DNA from: Octopus bimaculoides
Lineage: Eukaryota
Assembly: GCF_001194135.2 (NCBI RefSeq)
Contig: NC_069000.1
Location: forward strand, 26,614,539-26,653,257
Length of the DNA: 38,719 nucleotides
Direction of reading: 5' to 3'
Part shown: positions 34,179 through 38,719 of the stretch, piece by piece
How the letters are laid out: the number at the start of each line of letters is the position of its first letter
Numbering within the stretch: position 1 is the first letter of the stretch
Translations under genes and position numbers: made by a program
The notes under the pieces: generated by a model
Databases searched by the model: none
Told to the model about the DNA's origin: nothing
What the model saw: the letters and a program-made list of their open reading frames with translations, nothing else

Positions 34179-34211
<33 letters not shown>

Positions 34212-34337
34212 CAAATAAATGTGAGTATATGCATATATAGGTACATGTATGTACATACCTACATATATATATAGAGAGATATGTGTGTGTGTGTGTGTGT
34301 GTGTATGTATATGTATGTCTGTATGTATGTCTGTATG

Positions 34338-37300
34338 TCGTCATTATCATCATTGTCGTTTAACGTCAGCTTTCTATGCTGGCATGAGTTGGACAGTTTG
34401 ACTGAGGACTGGCAAGCCAGAAGGCTGCACCAGGCTCCAATCTGATCTGGCAGAGTTTCTACAGCTGGATGCCTTCCTAACACCAACCACTCCGAGAGTG
34501 TAGTGGGTGCTTTTTACATGCCACCAGCATGAGGGCCAGTCAGGCGGTACTGGCATTGGCCACACAAGGATGGTGCTTTTTACATGCCACCAGCACGAGA
34601 GCCAGTTAGGCAGCACTGGCAACAACCACGCTCAAATGGTGCTTTTTATGTGCCACTGGCATGGGTGCCAATCAGGTGGTACTGTCATTGGCGATGACAA
34701 TGATTTCACTTGCCTCAACAGGTCTTCACAAGTGCATTTTATTGTCCAATGATTGAAGGGTACTCTTAGATGGGCTAGTTATGCTGCACTGACATCTCTG
34801 GCATCAAGTGAGCATCTCTGCGGTGATTTCTGATGGGCCAGGAGCTTTCTCTGTCTTCATACCCTTAATTACCTTATCTACCAAGGCACTGTCAATTTGG
34901 ATAGCTGGTCCCTTTGTTGGGTCAACATTTGACAGACTCCCTTTCTCCCATTTGTTCTCTTCATTTATCAACCTTTCATAGTGGCATCTCCAAGTCCCTC
35001 TCCTAGCAGCCTCATCAAATGCAAATGAGCCATCATCTATGCGAACATGGTTACGGTCTCACTTAGCTTGCCGGGTCTTCTCAAGCACAGCATATCTCCA
35101 AAGGTCTTGGTCACTTGTCATCGCTTCGGTGAGGCCCAACATTCAAAGGTCATGCTTCAACACATCGTCCCAGGTCTTCCTGGGTCTGCCTCTTCCACAG
35201 GTTCTCCCTACTGCTAGAGTGTGACACTTTTTTACACAGCTGTCCTCATCTATATGCAACACATGAACATACTAATGCAGTCGTCTATCTTGCACACCAC
35301 ATCTGATGATTCTTATATCCAACTTTTCTCTCTGGGTGCTTACACATTGTCATGTATGCACACTGACATTACACATCTAGCGGAGCATACTGGCTTCATT
35401 CCTTGCAAGCTTACACATGTCCTCAGCAGTCACGGCCCATGTTTCACTGCCATGTAGCATGGCTGTTCTTAGACATGCGTCATACAGTCTACCTTTTACT
35501 CTGAATGAGAGGCCCTTTGTCACCAGCAGAGGTAGGAGCTCTCTCAACTTTGGCCAGGCTATTCTTATTCTAGCAGCTACACTCTCAGAGCACCCACCCC
35601 CGCTACTGACTTGGTCACCTAGGTAATGGAAGCTATCAACTACTTGTAGTTTTTACCCCTGGAAGCTGTTTTCTGCACATTTTCAGTGTTTATTGCCCCT
35701 GAGCATTTGCCACACACAAAAACCATCTTCTCAGTCTTCCTTTGATATTGCTGCACCTCTTATGTGTCCAAAGTTTACACCAGGTACATCTTATGGAATT
35801 TCTACAGATCAAGAAAGGATTAGTGGTTTGTCTGCCTTCCTACCTATTAAGACTTTGGTTTTTGCTAGGTTGACTCTAAGGCCCTTCGATTCTAGACCTT
35901 GCTTCCACACCTGAAACCTCTCCTCAGCTATTAGAGTGAGGTCATCAGCATAAAGAAGCTCCCAGGGGCATCCTATCTTGAATTCCTCTGTTATTGCCTG
36001 GAGGACTATAATGAATAAGAGGGGGCTGAGGACTGATCCTTGGCAGACCCCTACTCCTACCTGGAATTCACTATACCTGTTGCCAACCCTCACCTTACTG
36101 ACAGCATCCCTGTACACGGCTTGTACAGCTCTCTGTAACCACCCATCTATCCCTAGTTTCTTCATTGACCACCAGATAAGGGGGACCCTGTCAAAGGCTT
36201 TCCCCATGTCAACGAAAGCCAGGTACAGAGGTTTATCTTTGGCTAGGTATTTCTCCTGTCTTACCAGAAATATAGTATCAGTGGTGCTTTTCCCTGGCAC
36301 AAACCCAAACTGCATCTCATCTAGACTGACTCTCTCCCTAATTAGTTGGGCTTTGACCCTCATCGTGACTTTCATTACCTGGTCCAACAATTTGATACTT
36401 CTGTAATTATTCGTATCTAAAGCATCACCCTTACCCTTGTAGCGGTTGACTATGGTGCTGCTACACCAGTCATTGGGTATGACTCCTTCATGTATCACCT
36501 GATTGACTATATGGGTGACTAGACTATAGCCGACACCTCCGGATATTTTGAGTATCTCTGCAGTGATTCCTGATGGGCCGAGGGCTTTCCTTGTCTTCTT
36601 ACCCTTAATCTCCAAGTCTCCTAGCAGCCTCATCAAATGCAAATTTCTCTCCTATGACATCACGATTCTCTCTCACACACTGTCTTTGCAACATGAAACA
36701 CTTCAAGTCTTTGGTCCTCACAACGCAGAACATTGGCAAATTTTTTCTTATCTGCTTTCCTTCTGGCTAAGTAAACCTGTCTCCTAGCTTTCCTTCTGGC
36801 AATCTGATACAGTTCCCTGCTACCACCATTCTTCCAGTCCTTCCGTGCCTGTTTCTTTACCTTAATAGCCCTGTCAACTATGTTGTTCCACCACCCACAG
36901 ATCTGGTCAGTAGCCCTCAGTTGTCTTCCACAGATCTGGTCAGATACCTCCAGTTGTCTTCCACATCATGTGATACTATATCCCCCCTCTATTTTGTCAA
37001 AAGCTTCAAGTAATACATCTCCAAATCTCTGTCCATTCGCAGGATCCTTTAACTTCCAGACCCTTCTTCTCCATGCTGGGCATCCATTTAACCCTGATTT
37101 TGAAATTGCTAACTACTAATCTATGTTGTGGGGTGCATTCTTCACCTGAAAAAGTTTTGGCATTTATAAGTAGCCATCTTTCCGTTTCCTGGCGAGGATG
37201 TAGTCAATTTGACTATTGTGTCCACCAGACTGATAGCTGAATAGGTGACTGGCAGATTTCCTGAAGTTAGTATCACAATCCATAAGATCATTTGCATCAC

Positions 37301-37925
37301 AGAACTCTGAATTCCAACAGCCTGGTTTCCTCCAAACTATAGCCTCCATGTATGTCATGGAAGCCTCCTGCATGTTGTCCAACATGCCCATTGAAGTTGC
37401 CAGCTAGAAAGAAGGTCCCTGTCATTCGTCAACAAGGTAGTCTGCAAGAGGGTATTATAAAATCGGCCTTTCTGTTCATCAGGTAGCCCTGGCTGAGATA
37501 ATGGTTGCTAAACCATGTTGCAGCACTAATCTAATCTCAAGTATTTTATCACAGATTCTGACGACCTCGATTACCTTATCAACCCATTTCTCCACAAGAA
37601 GTATTCCCATGCCCCCAACCCCATCAGTGTTCCCTGCCCAGAAAATCTTATACCTATGTTCTTTGCCTGTGAGGAACCTAGCAGAACTTCCTCTCCACCT
37701 TACTTCTTGAATGCAGCACAAATCTACACGTCTCTGTTCAAGCATCTCAACAATCTCATCAGACCTACCCTTCAGTGTACCAACATTAAGTGTGCCAATC
37801 CTGAGGGTGTGGGAGCTGTGGGCCCATAGGACCCTGGGATGGGGAACAGCAGCATCATGTACCTGAAAAGAAAGCTTGCATTTGGCAGAACTCATAAACA
37901 TGCAATAACCTTCAACCTGCATACA
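34338..37925 (-). mobile_element. Near full-length decayed RTE LINE (copy B): APE endonuclease + RT; 5' end approximate
   Basis: EN: LRIGTLNVGTL..LCCIQEVRW (37479-37922) and SQIDYIL. RT: QFGFVPGKST, KAFDRVP, QGSVLSPLLF, LLYADDL (35809-36642). C-terminus 35040-35700, 3' UTR repeats, (CAT)n-like tail at 34338. Confidence 0.92.
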
Positions 37926-38370
37926 CTACACCATCATTTTTTATGCACTACATAATCACTACATTACATAGGAGATAAATCCTAAGTAGTGATAGAGAAA
38001 CATTAAGCCTTTGGAGGTGTTCATGGGAGAGACATCTGATAGAGGTCAGAGGATAGAGACTCCCAGTACAGGTGGTGGGAGTGGGAGGGGCGGGTACACC
38101 GCGAAACAGTAAAAATTCAGGTTGCAGGTGTGAGAGAATATAGATGATATTAATAAGATAGAATTGGGCATTTGAATTCTTAACCAAGAGTTTTAATCAG
38201 CCAAACTGTAACAAAATTAGATAAATGAATGAATAAATGGCAATAATAATGAGGGCGAAAGAGTGAAGGGATCTTAAGTTTTTTTCTCTAAACATACAGC
38301 ATGGGAGATGAAACTGTGTTTACACAGATAGATAATGAAATGAAATAAGAAGGTAATTATGATATATATA

Positions 38371-38719
38371 TAGATACAAATAATTACAGAGGCATCAAGC
38401 TGTTAGATCAGGTTATAAAAGTTACAGAGAGGGTCATAGCCCAACTAATTAGGGAGCGAATCAATTTAGATGAGATGCAGTTTGGGTTCGTGCCAGGTAA
38501 AAGCACTACTGATGCCTTATTTCTAGTGAGACAGCTGCAGGAGAAATACCTAGCTAAGGATAAACCTCTGTACCTGGCTTTCGTTGACATGGAGAAAGCC
38601 TTTGACAGGGTCCCCCGATCCCTTATCTGGTGGTCAATGAGGAAACTTGGGATAGAAGAATGGTTAGTGAGAGCTGTGCGAGCCATGTACAGAGATGCTG
38701 CCAGTAAGGTGAGGGTTGG
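38371..38719 (+). mobile_element. 5'-truncated RTE LINE RT fragment (copy D), runs off the window
   Basis: Reads DTNNYRGIKLLDQV..QFGFVPGKSTTDALF..KAFDRVPRSLIWW; reverse-complement homolog of 36083-36419. Confidence 0.9.

Overview
Eukaryotic, AT-rich, repeat-dominated genomic DNA. The SINE and RTE families resemble those I recall from Octopus/coleoid cephalopods; this is inference, not verified. The only well-supported host gene is a + strand multi-exon gene. Four phase-compatible exons (20976-21283, 24264-24455, 29318-29616, 31772-32493; 1521 nt, open throughout) encode a ZU5-ZU5-UPA module of the ankyrin/PIDD1/UNC5/DTHD1 type, most like DTHD1; its 5' exons and the expected death-domain exon are not securely located in the window. 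The rest is decayed transposons: a head-to-tail run of three divergent R4/Dong-like RLE-LINEs ending in (AAT)n tracts, a four-level nest (Tx1/L1 LINE > Phantom-like MULE > tiny hAT MITE > mariner), three more mariners, a DD37D maT remnant, four RTE LINE copies with rearranged, hairpin-array 3' UTRs, tRNA-derived SINEs/pseudogenes, microsatellites and one 23-N gap. I found no evidence strong enough to claim a new biological system. The best leads are the nested series, RTE chimeras inside a single TSD pair, a candidate nested antisense terminal exon, and inverted RTE copies flanking host exons.
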